A stretch of DNA of 64,000 nucleotides from an uncultured delta proteobacterium (GCA_963724765.1 CAVRVY010000001.1:992001-1056000); one strand, 5' to 3'. Positions 38,175-48,840 are shown, counted from the first letter of the stretch. Notes: generated from the sequence alone by a model not told the origin. Made by a program: numbers and translations.

Positions 38175-40182
38175 TTAAATCTCCAGGTGCAGGTTGCCGA
38201 AGCCGTCGGCACGCAATGTGAACTCGGGCGCGACGTAGGCAGTGGCGCTGAGTTCGACCACGATCGCCGGTCCGCGAATTCTGACGCCCGCGCCGATTGC
38301 GTCGCGCGCGTATACCGGCACTGCTCGCGCGTGTCCGTGGGCGATGACTTTGATTCGGCGCACGGGCGACGGTGGCGTCCGCCCACGCGAGCGCGCAAGA
38401 CGCTCGGGTGCGGCGTTAGCGCCGGGCGCGGTCGCGCGCAGGCGCAAATTGACGACTTCGACCGCCGCCTCGGGGGCGGCGTAGCCGAAGGTGTGGCGAT
38501 GGGCCGCGTGGAAGTCTGCGGCGAAGCGCGGGGTAAGCCGCACCTCGATTTCGTAAGATTGGCCGCGGTAGCGCACGTCGGCAAAAAGCTCGACGCGGAT
38601 TTGGGCGGGGCGCGCGCCTTCCGTCGCGAGTTCGCGCCGCGCCCGCGTGAGCATCGGGGCCGCGCGCGCGACGAGGCGGCGGGCAAGGCGGCGGTAGTTG
38701 GGCGAGGTCTCGCGCACGGTGAGCGAGTATTCGCGTCCCAGCGGCGCTTGCAACGCGCCCCACGCGCACAGCAATCCGGGATTGCGCGGCAGCACGATAT
38801 GCCGGATGCCGAGGTCGAGCGCCAGTTCGCAGGCGTGCATCGGGCCCGCCCCGCCAAAGGCCATCAGCGCGAAATCGCGCGGGTCGAAGCCGCGCTCGAC
38901 GGTTATCACGCGCACCGCGCGTTCCATGTTGGCGTTGACCACGCGGATAACGCCGCTGCGCTGCGCCGATCGCGTCCGTGCGCATCGCACGGCCGAGCGC
39001 GGCAATCGCTTTTGCAGCGCGCGCGGGATAAAGGCGCATCGCGCCGCCCAGGAAATTCTCCGGCACCAGCCGCCCCGCAACCAGGTTGGCGTCGGTGACG
39101 GTCGGCGCCTCGCCGCGTCCATAGCAGGCCGGCCCCGGATCGGCGCCGGCGCTTTCGGGGCCGACCTTGAGCGAGCCGCCAGCGTCGACCGCCGCGATCG
39201 AGCCGCCGCCTGCGCCGACGGTGTGGATGTCGATAACCGGGGTGCGGACGGCGTAGCCGCCGGGGTAGCTGAGCGTGCGGATTGCGGCGCGGCCGTCGAA
39301 CAGAGAGACGTCGGTCGAGGTGCCGCCCATGTCGAAAGTGATGAAGCGATCGACGCCGGTTGCACGCACCAGCGCAGCCGCGCCGATCACGCCGGCGGCG
39401 GGGCCGGAAAGGATCGTGCGGACCGGTTCGTCGCGGGCGAGCCGCGCGCCGATCGCGCTGCCGTTGGATTGCATCACGCGCAGGCGTGCCGCGCGCAGAT
39501 CGCGCTCCAGCCGCCCGAGATGGGAGGACATCCGCGGCGCCACGTACGCGTTGACCACGGTGGTCGAGAGCCGCTCGAACTCGCGGTATTCGGCGAGGAT
39601 GCGATGGGAAATCGAAAGCGGGAGGCCAAGCGGAGTGAGCGCGCGCGCAAGCCGCTGTTCGCTCGCGGAATTGGCGTAAGAATGGAGCAGGCAGACGGCG
39701 ATCGAGTCGGCGCGGCTTGAAGCGGCGGCGCGACGCACGCGGTTAAGCTCGGCGGCGGTGAGGCCGAGCGCAACCTTGCCGTCGAAGTAAGTCCGCTCGG
39801 CGACGCCCAGGCGCATCGCACGCGCGACCAGCGGCTCCGGGCGCTCCGGCGCGAGCGAATAGAGATCGCTGCGGTTCTGACGGCCGATCTCGATAAGGTC
39901 CTCAAAACCGGCGTTGGTCAGCAGCAGGACGCGCGCGCCCTTGCGCTCGAGCAGCGCGTTGGTCGCCACGGTCGAGCTGTAAGTGACCAAATCGGGGAGC
40001 AGGTCGCGATGCGGTTCGTGCTGCACGCCTTCAAGCATCGCTTTAAGTCCGACAATAACCGCGCGCGCGGGGTCGTCGGGCGTCGAGAGCACCTTATGCA
40101 CACGGAGGTGTCCGCCGACGATCGCGACCAGGTCGGTGAACGTGCCGCCCGTATCGATTCCGATGATAACGGTCGTAGCCAT
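38175..40182 (-). pseudogene. Hydantoinase A/5-oxoprolinase, split by a frameshift near 38960
   Basis: GIDTGGTFTD, SGPAAG and DMGGTSTD in one frame; GVIRVVNANM, FGGAGPMHA and RYRGQSYE in another. May be a sequencing error. Confidence 0.85.
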
Positions 40183-41129
40183 CAGGGCTTGAGCAATACC
40201 TTGAAGTTTGACGAGCGTCCGGCGGCGGCGAAAGCGGCCAGCGCGTCGTCGAGCGCAAAGGTGCTCGAGATCAACGGTCGCGGATCGACCTTTCCCGAAG
40301 CGAGCGCCACGATCGCCGGCCCGAACCGGCCGCATCGCGAGCCCACGATCGTGATTTCGTTGATCACCGACTGGGCCAGGTTGAGCGCGGCGCCGGCGGC
40401 GGCAGTGCTCTTGAGAATTATCGTGCCGCGCGGGCGCACCAGCGCGAGCGCGCGGTTAAGTCCGGCGCTGTGCCCCGTGCAATCAATCACCACGTCGAAA
40501 CCCGGATCGATCTCATCTTCAAGTTGCACTTTAAGTCCGAGCGCGGCCAGGCGATCGAGCTTGTCGCGATGATGTCCGACGAGCAGGGGCGCATAGTCCT
40601 CGGCGCGGAGCACGATTGCCGCAAGCGCGCCGAGCCGCCCGTCGCCGAGCACGGCGATCTTGTGGTCGCGCGGCAACCTGGTTTGCTCGAAGATCTCATA
40701 GATGGCCGCGACCGGTTCGACGAAGACGCCAAGCTCGTCGGATAATGAATCGGGCAGGACGATCAGGTTTTCGTCGGGCAGCCGGAGGTACTCGGCGAAC
40801 GCGCCGTCGCGGCCGACGATCCCGAGCACGGTGCGGCTGGGGCAATGGCGTCCCAGGCCCTCGAGGCACCAAGCGCATCGCCCGCATGACGCATTGATTT
40901 CGCCCACCACGCGGCATCCCGCGAGCGCGCCGGTTCGGGTGTCGACGACATCACCGACGAACTCATGGCCCGGCACGCCGCGATACGACATGTACCCGCG
41001 CGCCAATTCGAGATCGGTGCCGCATATTCCGGCCATCCGCACGCGCACGATACTTTCGCCCGGCGCAGACGCGGGATCGGGATAGTCGTTACGCACGACC
41101 AGTTGGCGATCGAGCAGCAGTGCGCGCAT
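40182..41129 (-). CDS. Zn-dependent alcohol dehydrogenase family
   Basis: GICGTD, GHEFVG, CGRCAWC...C and GDGRLG motifs. Confidence 0.93.
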   Translation of the reverse strand: MRALLLDRQLVVRNDYPDPASAPGESIVRVRMAGICGTDLELARGYMSYRGVPGHEFVGDVVDTRTGALAGCRVVGEINASCGRCAWCLEGLGRHCPSRTVLGIVGRDGAFAEYLRLPDENLIVLPDSLSDELGVFVEPVAAIYEIFEQTRLPRDHKIAVLGDGRLGALAAIVLRAEDYAPLLVGHHRDKLDRLAALGLKVQLEDEIDPGFDVVIDCTGHSAGLNRALALVRPRGTIILKSTAAAGAALNLAQSVINEITIVGSRCGRFGPAIVALASGKVDPRPLISSTFALDDALAAFAAAGRSSNFKVLLKP

Positions 41130-41179
41130 CGGCCGATTGAAACAAAAAAGCCGCCAGGTCCGCTACTGGAGCGAGTCCG

Positions 41180-41320
41180 CTATTTACGGTCGGAATCTTG
41201 GCGACGCGCTGTCGGCCTAAGCAATGAGTCAACGAACCACAGGGCGACGACGCTTAGAAGAACCGCGAGCCACAAACGCATCGACGCGCGAGATTGGGGA
41301 GGTTTTTTTTCGTCGTCCAC
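41180..41320 (-). CDS. Putative 46-aa single-pass membrane protein (absent from ORF track)
   Basis: GTG..TAG: MDDEKKPPQSRASMRLWLAVLLSVVALWFVDSLLRPTARRQDSDRK; followed by a weak GC stem and T-run. Confidence 0.5.
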   Translation of the reverse strand: MDDEKKPPQSRASMRLWLAVLLSVVALWFVDSLLRPTARRQDSDRK

Positions 41321-41493
41321 TGTTAGGGACTGCTGTCTCGGGGCGGCGGCAAACGCGCTTTAAGCTAAGCATTACGCGTACCAGCTAACAGAGGAATCAA
41401 ATGGCCGATCTTTTGCAAAAACTGCTTCTGTGGCGTTGCGGGAGTGCAACCCGCGCCATCAAAATGCCTCAGAAGCGAGACGAGGCCCTGAAT

Positions 41494-41865
41494 TCAGTCG
41501 GAGGATTTGGTTTTCGTGCTTTTTTCGGAGGAAGACGATCCGCTGCTCTTGTCCGAATTGCCGCTCTTTTCCGACGAACCCGACGAAGCGGTCGCGGTGG
41601 AAGAGCCGTTGGCGCCGTTGCTCGCGGATTCGGCGGCGGGCTTGTCGCTGGATTTGTCGCTCGAGGAGTCGGCGGATTTGCCGCTGCCCGAGCGGGCGTA
41701 GTCCGTGGCGTACCATCCCGAGCCTTTAAGCACGAACGAGGTGGCGGAAATCATCCGCTCGACCTTGCTCTTGCACGTCGGGCAGCGCTTAAGCGGCGGC
41801 TCGGTGATGCGCTGCGTCGTCTCGAAGGTTCCGCACTTGGGGCAACGATACTCGTATATGGGCAT
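41494..41865 (-). CDS. FmdB-family zinc-ribbon protein with Ser-rich tail
   Basis: [12 protein letters not shown]...CPTC...[13 protein letters not shown]. Confidence 0.92.
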   Translation of the reverse strand: MPIYEYRCPKCGTFETTQRITEPPLKRCPTCKSKVERMISATSFVLKGSGWYATDYARSGSGKSADSSSDKSSDKPAAESASNGANGSSTATASSGSSEKSGNSDKSSGSSSSEKSTKTKSSD

Positions 41866-41991
41866 TTCGGTTGATGGATCGGCTTCTGACGCTCTTGTGC
41901 CTTAGGTAATCACGCCCCGCAGCCTTGTCAATTAGCCTTAGCCGGCCATGACTCGCTGGGGATTGTCACTTCACTCTCCATCTTCCCAGAA

Positions 41992-42252
41992 TCAGGTCCG
42001 CGATGCCATCGCGGCCACTCTCGTGGCAATCGCGGCCGGATCGTCGCAGGTTATCCGAAGCAACTTCTGCCGCGCCGTCGCACCCGCGACCAGCTCCACC
42101 GCCGAGCGCGCGACGCCGGCTATCCGCGCGACCGTCTCGATAAGCTCCGCGTTGGCCTTGCCGCGCTCGGGCGCGGCCGCGACACCGATCACCAGGCCGC
42201 GCGGGTCGACCCGCAATATCCCGACGCGCGAGGCGCCGGGCCGCGCCATCAC
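41992..42252 (-). CDS. yggU: DUF167/YggU family protein
   Basis: ARPGASR, AAPERGKANAEL and GATARQK motifs; follows yggT. True start probably further upstream. Confidence 0.85.
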   Translation of the reverse strand: MMARPGASRVGILRVDPRGLVIGVAAAPERGKANAELIETVARIAGVARSAVELVAGATARQKLLRITCDDPAAIATRVAAMASRT

Positions 42253-42313
42253 CTTGAGCGTAACCGAGCCGGCGCCGGCACTCAGCCAGGGGGGAATCGG
42301 ACGATTTTGTGAA

Positions 42314-42619
42314 CTAGACGAAGCCGTAGGCCAGCGCCAGGGAGAGATGGGGTATCGCCCATTGCTGGAGAAAAAGGATCACGATGATGACCACCATCGG
42401 CGAAAAATCGATTCCGCCGAAAAGGACCGGCATATGTTCGCGCACCCAATCAAAGACCGGTTCGGTAATCCCGTAGATTGCGCGCACTATGGGGTTGTAA
42501 GGATCGGGTGAAATCCATGTCATGATCGTCGCGGCGATGATGATCCAAAAATAGAGCTGCAGAAGTCCCGAGAGCATTCGGGCAATAAAGAAAACCAGAT
42601 CGACGTAAGCGCTGTTCAA
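42314..42619 (-). CDS. yggT: YggT family membrane protein
   Basis: WISPDPYNPIV..ITEP..GGIDFSP motif. Confidence 0.92.
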   Translation of the reverse strand: MNSAYVDLVFFIARMLSGLLQLYFWIIIAATIMTWISPDPYNPIVRAIYGITEPVFDWVREHMPVLFGGIDFSPMVVIIVILFLQQWAIPHLSLALAYGFV

Positions 42620-42651
42620 TTTGTTTTCGCGCGCCCTCGGCGTCGCCTCCC

Positions 42652-43512
42652 CTAGCTGACGCGTCCGAGTTCGCGTGAGCGCTCGGCCGCGGCATGTATG
42701 GCACGCGCCACGATATCAGAAAAGCCATCCGCGCCTAATTGCTTCAGCGCAGCTTCGGTCGTGCCGCCGGGCGACGCGACGATCCGAATCAGCTCGGCCG
42801 CAGTCATCGGCGAGCGGCGCATATTCTCCTCCGCGCCGCGAATCGTCTTGAGCGCCATCCGCAGCGCGAGATCGGCGGGCAGCCCCTGCGCGACCGCGGC
42901 GTCGGCGAGCGCCTTGGCGAAAAGATACACGTACGCGGGACCGCTGCCCGAAAGCGCGGTCACCGCGTCGAGCAGCGTCTCGTCCTTCAGCGCCACCGCG
43001 TCGCCGACAGCGCGGAAAATTTTAAGCGCGAAGGCTTCGTCCGCCCGGGTCGCGTTGCGTCCGCGCACCAGCGCCGCCATCCCTTGACCAACCATCGCGG
43101 GCGCGTTCGGCATCACGCGGATCACGCGCGCGTGGCCGCCCAGCGCGCCCTCCAGGCGGCCCAATGTGACCCCGGCCGCGATCGACACGAAGAGCTTGGA
43201 GGCGAGCCCGCCTTTGCGCGACGTGCGGTCGCCGCCGCCGCCGGCGCGGGCAAGCTCGGTCAGCACGGCGTCGATGGTTTGCGGTTTTACCGCGAAAAGC
43301 ACGGCGCGCGAGGAATTCAGGACCTCGAGATTGTCGGTCGTGACCTCGATTTTGAGCCCGCCTTTGGACCCACCCTTAAATTTGCGCCGGCGCGCCGCGT
43401 CGACGTCGGAGGCGATCAGATCGGAGGCTTTGAAGACCTTGTTTTCAACCAGGCCGCGCGCCAGCGCCTCGGCCATGTTGCCCGCGCCGATAAAGCCCAG
43501 TTTTTTCATCAC
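42652..43512 (-). CDS. proC: Pyrroline-5-carboxylate reductase
   Basis: GFIGAGNMA, AVKPQ, RVMPN, SGSGPAY and SPGGTT motifs. Confidence 0.96.
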   Translation of the reverse strand: MMKKLGFIGAGNMAEALARGLVENKVFKASDLIASDVDAARRRKFKGGSKGGLKIEVTTDNLEVLNSSRAVLFAVKPQTIDAVLTELARAGGGGDRTSRKGGLASKLFVSIAAGVTLGRLEGALGGHARVIRVMPNAPAMVGQGMAALVRGRNATRADEAFALKIFRAVGDAVALKDETLLDAVTALSGSGPAYVYLFAKALADAAVAQGLPADLALRMALKTIRGAEENMRRSPMTAAELIRIVASPGGTTEAALKQLGADGFSDIVARAIHAAAERSRELGRVS

Positions 43513-44195
43513 GCACGTTCGCCAAAGATCGCGCGGCCCACGCGCACGATCGTCGCGCCTTCTTCGATCGCCACGTCGAAATCTCCGGTCATTCCCATGG
43601 AAAGCTCGCTTAGCGCAAGCCCGGTGGCCGCCGCAAGCCGATCGCGCATCGAGCGCAGCGCGGCGAAGTGGCTCCGCGAGCGCTCTGGGTCGGAGGCCGG
43701 CGGCGGAATCGTCATCAGGCCCAGGATTTCCACTGTCACGCGCGCCTCCTCGATCAGCCGCTCGACCGCGCTGGCCGCGACACCGCTCTTGGACGCTTCG
43801 CCCCCGGCGTTCACCTCGATCAGCACCGGCACGCGCGGCGCAGGACGCGCGCGCCCCAGCGCGAGGGCCAGGCGCGCGGAGTCCAGGCTATGGATGAGTG
43901 TGAAGCGATTTGCGGCGTCGCGCGCCTTGTTGGTCTGCAGATGGCCGATCAGGTGCCATTGCAGATCGCTCAGATCGGCCAGCGCATCCTGTTTCCCCGC
44001 CGCCTCCTGCACGTAGTTCTCGCCGAACTCGCGTGCGCCGGCCGCGTAGGCGGCGCGAATCGCCTCGGGCGGCTGCGTCTTACTCGCAAGCACGAGCCTG
44101 ACCGCGGCCGGGGCGCGTTTTGCGCGAGCCGCCGCGCGTGCGATCCGATCGCGCACGCTCGCCAGCCGCGCGGCGATTTCGTCGTGTGTGAGCAT
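43509..44195 (-). CDS. yggS: PLP homeostasis protein
   Basis: ASKTQ, FGENYVQE, WHLIGHLQTNK, LSMGM and VRVGRAIFG motifs. Confidence 0.96.
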   Translation of the reverse strand: MLTHDEIAARLASVRDRIARAAARAKRAPAAVRLVLASKTQPPEAIRAAYAAGAREFGENYVQEAAGKQDALADLSDLQWHLIGHLQTNKARDAANRFTLIHSLDSARLALALGRARPAPRVPVLIEVNAGGEASKSGVAASAVERLIEEARVTVEILGLMTIPPPASDPERSRSHFAALRSMRDRLAAATGLALSELSMGMTGDFDVAIEEGATIVRVGRAIFGERA

Positions 44196-44223
44196 CAGCC
44201 TTGGGTCAGCATCCGGCTTGCCC

Positions 44224-44814
44224 TCAACTCCCCGCTCCGCGCGACACGATCGCGTTGCGCCGCAGTGCTGCGAGTACCTCGCCTAGCGGCAGGCCCATCA
44301 CGTTGTCGCGCTCGCCCTCGACCGCCACCACCAAGCCCGCGCCCTCGGCCTGGATACCATACGCGCCCGCCTTGTCCATCGGTTCGCCGGTGCGGATGTA
44401 GGCGTCGATTTCGTCGTCGCCAAGCGCGCGGAAACGGACGCGGCTGGTGACGGCGCGGCTTTCGACTACGCGGCCGTCGCGCGCGAGCGCGAAGGCGGTC
44501 ACCACGGTGTGGAAGCGCCCGGAGAGCGTGCGTAGCATGCGATGGGCGTCGGCGTGGTTGCGCGGCTTGCCGAGAATTTCGCCGCCGCATTCGACCACGG
44601 TGTCCGCGCCCAGCACCAGTGCGCCGTCGGCGCGCCGTGAGACCGCGAGCGCCTTCTCCTCGGCCATCCGGAGCGCGAATTGCGCGGCCGGCTCGTCCCC
44701 GTGGCGGGTTTCCTCGACGCCGCTTTCGCCAAGCTCGAACTCGACTCCGGCTGCCGCGAGCAATGCTCTGCGCCGCGGCGAGGTCGAGGCGAGAATCAAT
44801 CTGGTAGCGGCCAT
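44224..44814 (-). CDS. maf: Maf nucleotide pyrophosphatase
   Basis: LILASTSPRR, GADTVV, LGKP, DKAGAYGIQ and NVMGLP motifs. Confidence 0.95.
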   Translation of the reverse strand: MAATRLILASTSPRRRALLAAAGVEFELGESGVEETRHGDEPAAQFALRMAEEKALAVSRRADGALVLGADTVVECGGEILGKPRNHADAHRMLRTLSGRFHTVVTAFALARDGRVVESRAVTSRVRFRALGDDEIDAYIRTGEPMDKAGAYGIQAEGAGLVVAVEGERDNVMGLPLGEVLAALRRNAIVSRGAGS

Positions 44815-44989
44815 CGTTAAAATAAATCCATTGGCGAAAAAACCGTCGGCAAAATTCCGCTGGAGAGTCCGTTGGCAAAAGGTTGCAGGAGCCCGCCGGA
44901 CAGCGCAAGCGCGGCTGCGTGCCGCGTTGTTGGTTGGGCGATGGCAGTGTGCTTACACTGGCGCTAATTCAGTGCGGGGGCAAAAGCCG

Positions 44990-46009
44990 ATGAGCGAGCT
45001 GGTCCACAAATTCGTCAAAACCAACGGCATCAGGATGCACGTAGTTGAGGCCGGCAAGGGCTTCCCGGTGGTCTTCTGCCACGGCTTCCCGGAGCTCTGG
45101 TACTCGTGGCGTCATCAGCTCCCCGCGCTCGCCGACGCCGGCTTTCGCGCGATCGCGCCCGACCAGCGCGGCTACGGCGATACCGATTGTCCCCAGCCGG
45201 TCGAGGCTTACCAGGTGCGCGAGCTGGTGAAGGACATCGTCGGGATGCTCGACGCGCTGGAGATCGACAAGTGCGTGATCGTTGGCCACGACTGGGGCGG
45301 CTTCGTCAGTTGGCAAAGCGCGATGCGCGCGCCGGCGCGAATTGCGCGCGTGATCAATCTCAATACGCCGTTCATGCCGCGATGGCTTCCGTCGACGCCG
45401 GGCAGTCCCGAGAATCCCAAGATAATCTGGGTGACGAGCCCGCAGCCCGCGCCGCTCAAGCCGACCGAGATGGCGCGGCAAAATGCCGCCGGCAATTTCC
45501 ATTACGTGCTGCACTTTCAGCAGCCCGGCGTCGCCGAGGCCGAACTCGAACGCGACGTGCGGCGCACGCTGCGCGGTCTTTATCGCGACCCGATGCCGCT
45601 TGCGCCGCTCGCGGAGCGGCCGGCGCCGGGCGTGTTCGGTCCCGCGGGCGGCGGTCTGCTGGATCGCTTGCCCGACGGGCCGCTCGGCAAATACATGAGC
45701 GAGGCCGACCTTGAGGTTTACGTGAAGGCGTTCGAGAAAACCGGCTTTCGCGGCGGACTCAACTGGTATCGCAATATCGACCGCAACTGGGAGGAATCGG
45801 CCAACCTCGCCGATCGAGTCGATCAACCGGCGCTGATGATCACCGCCGAGCTCGACTTCGTGCTGTGGCCCGAGCAGACGCTGGGCATGGAGCGATGGGT
45901 GCCAAATCTCAAGCGCGTGAACATCAATGGCTCCGGCCACTGGACCCAGCAGGAAAAGCCTGCGGAGGTAAACGCCGCGATACTGGAATTTCTGTCCGAC
46001 CTTCGATAA
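44990..46009 (+). CDS. Alpha/beta epoxide hydrolase
   Basis: HGFPE, PDQRGYG, GHDWGG, LNWYR and GHWTQQE motifs. Confidence 0.92.
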   Translation: MSELVHKFVKTNGIRMHVVEAGKGFPVVFCHGFPELWYSWRHQLPALADAGFRAIAPDQRGYGDTDCPQPVEAYQVRELVKDIVGMLDALEIDKCVIVGHDWGGFVSWQSAMRAPARIARVINLNTPFMPRWLPSTPGSPENPKIIWVTSPQPAPLKPTEMARQNAAGNFHYVLHFQQPGVAEAELERDVRRTLRGLYRDPMPLAPLAERPAPGVFGPAGGGLLDRLPDGPLGKYMSEADLEVYVKAFEKTGFRGGLNWYRNIDRNWEESANLADRVDQPALMITAELDFVLWPEQTLGMERWVPNLKRVNINGSGHWTQQEKPAEVNAAILEFLSDLR

Positions 46010-46082
46010 AGCCCTGGCCTCGCTATGATCGTTGCGCGCCCCCCGGATTGAATTGGCGCGGGCGTCACGTTACCCTATAGCG

Positions 46083-48258
46083 ATGTTTGTGAAGCCAAGT
46101 AGTGGGCTATTGGGTTTGGTTATGGTGGTGGGGTCGGCCGCGCTTCTGGCTCCCACGGCGCGGGCGCTCGGTCCGGTCAATGCGGCGGCCGCTCCATCGA
46201 TTCGCGGCGACGCACGATCCATCCTCGGCCAGTTCGGTGTCCTCGCGATCGTTCCGATCAACCCGGAGCAATCCTTCGTCGAGGGCTACGAAGCTTACCG
46301 CGCGCACGATCTGATGAAGACGATCGAGCGGATGACGCTCGCGGCCGACAAGTACCCCGCGCTTGCCGACTACGCGCTGTTCTATCTCGGGTCGGCCCAG
46401 CGCGACAGTGGCGACAATCAGAACGCCGCCGCGACTTTCCGGCGGCTGAGCTACGGCTATCCGCAAAGCGTCCTCGCCGATGAAGCGTCGCTCCAGTACG
46501 CAGAAATCGAATTCAAACTGGGACGGCTCGGCGACGCGCAGACGGCGGCCGCGGCGCTGGCTGCTCGCAATCCTGACCCGGGAATTGACTCGCAGGCGCG
46601 GCTAATCGAGGCGCGCGCCTCGCTCGGCCTTGGCGACGCGCAAGGCGCCTTCAGCCAACTGCAGGCGCTGCGCGAAAAGTATCCGCAGGGCGCTGCCGAC
46701 AGCGATGCGCGCACGCTCGCCTACTCGATTGCCGCGGCCCATCCCGATCTGATCGACACTCACTCGCTCGGCTACCATCGCCGCGAGGCCGCGTTGCTCC
46801 TGCACGAGGGCCACTCCGCCATGGCGCTTAGCCAGGTCGACGACGGCGCTGGCGCTCGAGCCTCCGGCCAGCGTGCATGCCGAGTTGCTGTGGCTTAAAG
46901 CCCGCGCGCTGCGGGCTGATTCAGACCGCGAGATGCTCGCGCTCGACGCCTATCTCACGTATGCGCCGCATGGCGAAATGGCTCCTGAGGCGCTCTATCG
47001 GCTGGGGCATCTGCAATGGCGTACCGGCGATACGAAGGCTGCGCGCGCGACGTTCACCAAACTGGTGCAGGAATTTCCCGCGCGCGAGATCGCGCCGGCC
47101 GCGATGTTCGACATCGGGCGCGCGTACGAGGACGACGCTCAGTGGGACCTCGCGCGCGCCGCGTACCTGCGCCTGGTCCGCAGCTATCCGCATAGCACTG
47201 AGGCCGCCGATGGCCGCTTCCGCGCGCCGTTTGCGCTCTACATGACCGGGCACTTCGACATGGCCGCGCGCGAATTCGCCTCGATGCAGCCGATGGCCGC
47301 GTCGGCCTCCGAGCGCGACGGGCTCTCGTACTGGCATGCGCGCTCGATGGAGCGCTCCGGCCAAAGCATCGCGGCCACCGCGATTTACCAGAGTCTGGCG
47401 CAAAGCACCGCGAGCAACTACTACCCTGAACTGGCGGCGCGCCGGATCGGCGCGCCCACGGCCCAGTTGGCCGCGGCGGACGCGCCTTCACTCGACGCCG
47501 CCGTGCCTTCCGTGGCGCCCGGCACCCTTGCCGCGTTTCATCTGGACCGTGTCACCACGTTGAAGCGGCTCGGCATGACCTATCTTGAACCGCCCGAGTT
47601 GCGCGCGCTCGCCAACGTGGACTCGAGCGACCCGCGCGTGCGCGATTTCGTGCTCGCCGAATTGCAGCGCACGGGCGATTGGTATGCGGCGATCGAGATA
47701 GCAGTGCGGTTGGAGAAGACCGGCAGCCTCGATTCCTCGACCACCGAGCGGCTGCGCTACCCGCGGGCTTACTGGGACATGATCGCGCAGGCCGCCAATG
47801 GCGACGCGCTCGACCCTTACCTGGTGCTGGCGCTGGTGCGCCAGGAGAGCCTGTTCAATCCGCAGGCGCGATCGGTGAGCGACGCGCGCGGCCTGATGCA
47901 GTTGATGCCGGCTACGGCCGACCGGATAGGGCCGTCGGCGGGTGTCGAGCAGGCCTCGCTCAACCTCTATGATCCTTCGCTGAGCGTGCGCGTGGGCACC
48001 GCCTATCTCAAGGACCTGTTCGAGATGTTCGGCGGCGATCCATTCAAGGCGGTCGCGGCCTACAATGCGGGCGAGCATGCGGTCCAGCAATGGAACGCCA
48101 AGTATCCCGGCGACGACGATCAATGGGTCGAGAATATCGGCTTTCGCGAAACCCGCGACTACGTCAAACGGGTGATCGGCGGCTTGCGGGAGTACCGGAT
48201 GCTCTATCCGTCGCACACGGTCTCCAGCGGCGCGACTCGGCCGCAGGGCCCGTCATAG
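46083..48258 (+). pseudogene. TPR-containing soluble lytic transglycosylase (Slt-like), frameshift near 46840
   Basis: Signal peptide and TPRs in 46083-~46840; TPRs continue in the next frame into RQES, GLMQ, AAYNAG and ETRDYV. May be a sequencing error. Confidence 0.85.
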
Positions 48259-48484
48259 GGCCGTCTTCAGCAGAACCGCCATCGGCCGGCAAGCTGCGGG
48301 CGTTCGCGCAAAGGACTTCCTGGGGAGAAAGTGCGCGCTCCGCTCACGAGGCCACTAAGCGACGGCGCTAAGGCCGGTGCCATGACACATGTCAGCGGGG
48401 TTGGGTCTCGCTCAGTCGCCCAGTGGCGATGCGACGAGCGCCTCCGATTGACCGCGATCATTCGTCTGCTTACGCTACGACGCT

Positions 48485-48655
48485 ATGAAACTGCTCAACC
48501 GCCAGTTGTTCGTCCTCGTACTTAGTGTCGGAGCGTGCGTGACCACGACCGGGTGTTTCTCTTGCACTACGGTGCATAACCCACCGCCTCAAGTCACCAT
48601 CCAGCAGTCGCCTCCTGTGGTAGTCGCGCCTAATCCGCCGCCTCCAGCCCAGTGA
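48485..48655 (+). CDS. Putative 56-aa Pro-rich lipoprotein (absent from ORF track)
   Basis: MKLLNRQLFVLVLSVGACVTTTGCFSCTTVHNPPPQVTIQQSPPVVVAPNPPPPAQ*. Confidence 0.55.
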   Translation: MKLLNRQLFVLVLSVGACVTTTGCFSCTTVHNPPPQVTIQQSPPVVVAPNPPPPAQ

Positions 48656-48720
48656 CACTGTTGCGAGGCCCGCAATTTCGCTCATGTCTCGGAACAATGC
48701 AAAAAAATTAAAGACTAATT

Positions 48721-48815
48721 TGGCTGAGGGGGTAGGATTCGAACCTACGAGCGACTTTCGCCGCTAACCGGTCGTTTTTACAACCGGTTGCCTTCGGCCA
48801 CTCGGCCACCCCTCA
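48721..48815 (-). ncRNA. Non-canonical tRNA-like RNA 1: Ser-type body, 12-nt anticodon loop, encoded CCA
   Basis: TGAGGGG/CCCCTCA-G-CCA; D arm GCCGAGTGGCCGAAGGC; ACCGG[TTGTAAAAACGA]CCGGT; V arm AGCGGC-GAAA-GTCGCT; T arm GTAGG-TTCGAAT-CCTAC. Confidence 0.85.
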
Positions 48816-48840
48816 GTGCGCACCTGCCAGCGCAAGATCG

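Noticed and set aside
48772-48783. Ordinary tRNA-Tyr(GTA), or an intron in the anticodon loop
   Set aside because: G73 and a Ser-like arm contradict Tyr; 5 extra nt are far too short for a group I intron and there is no BHB motif.
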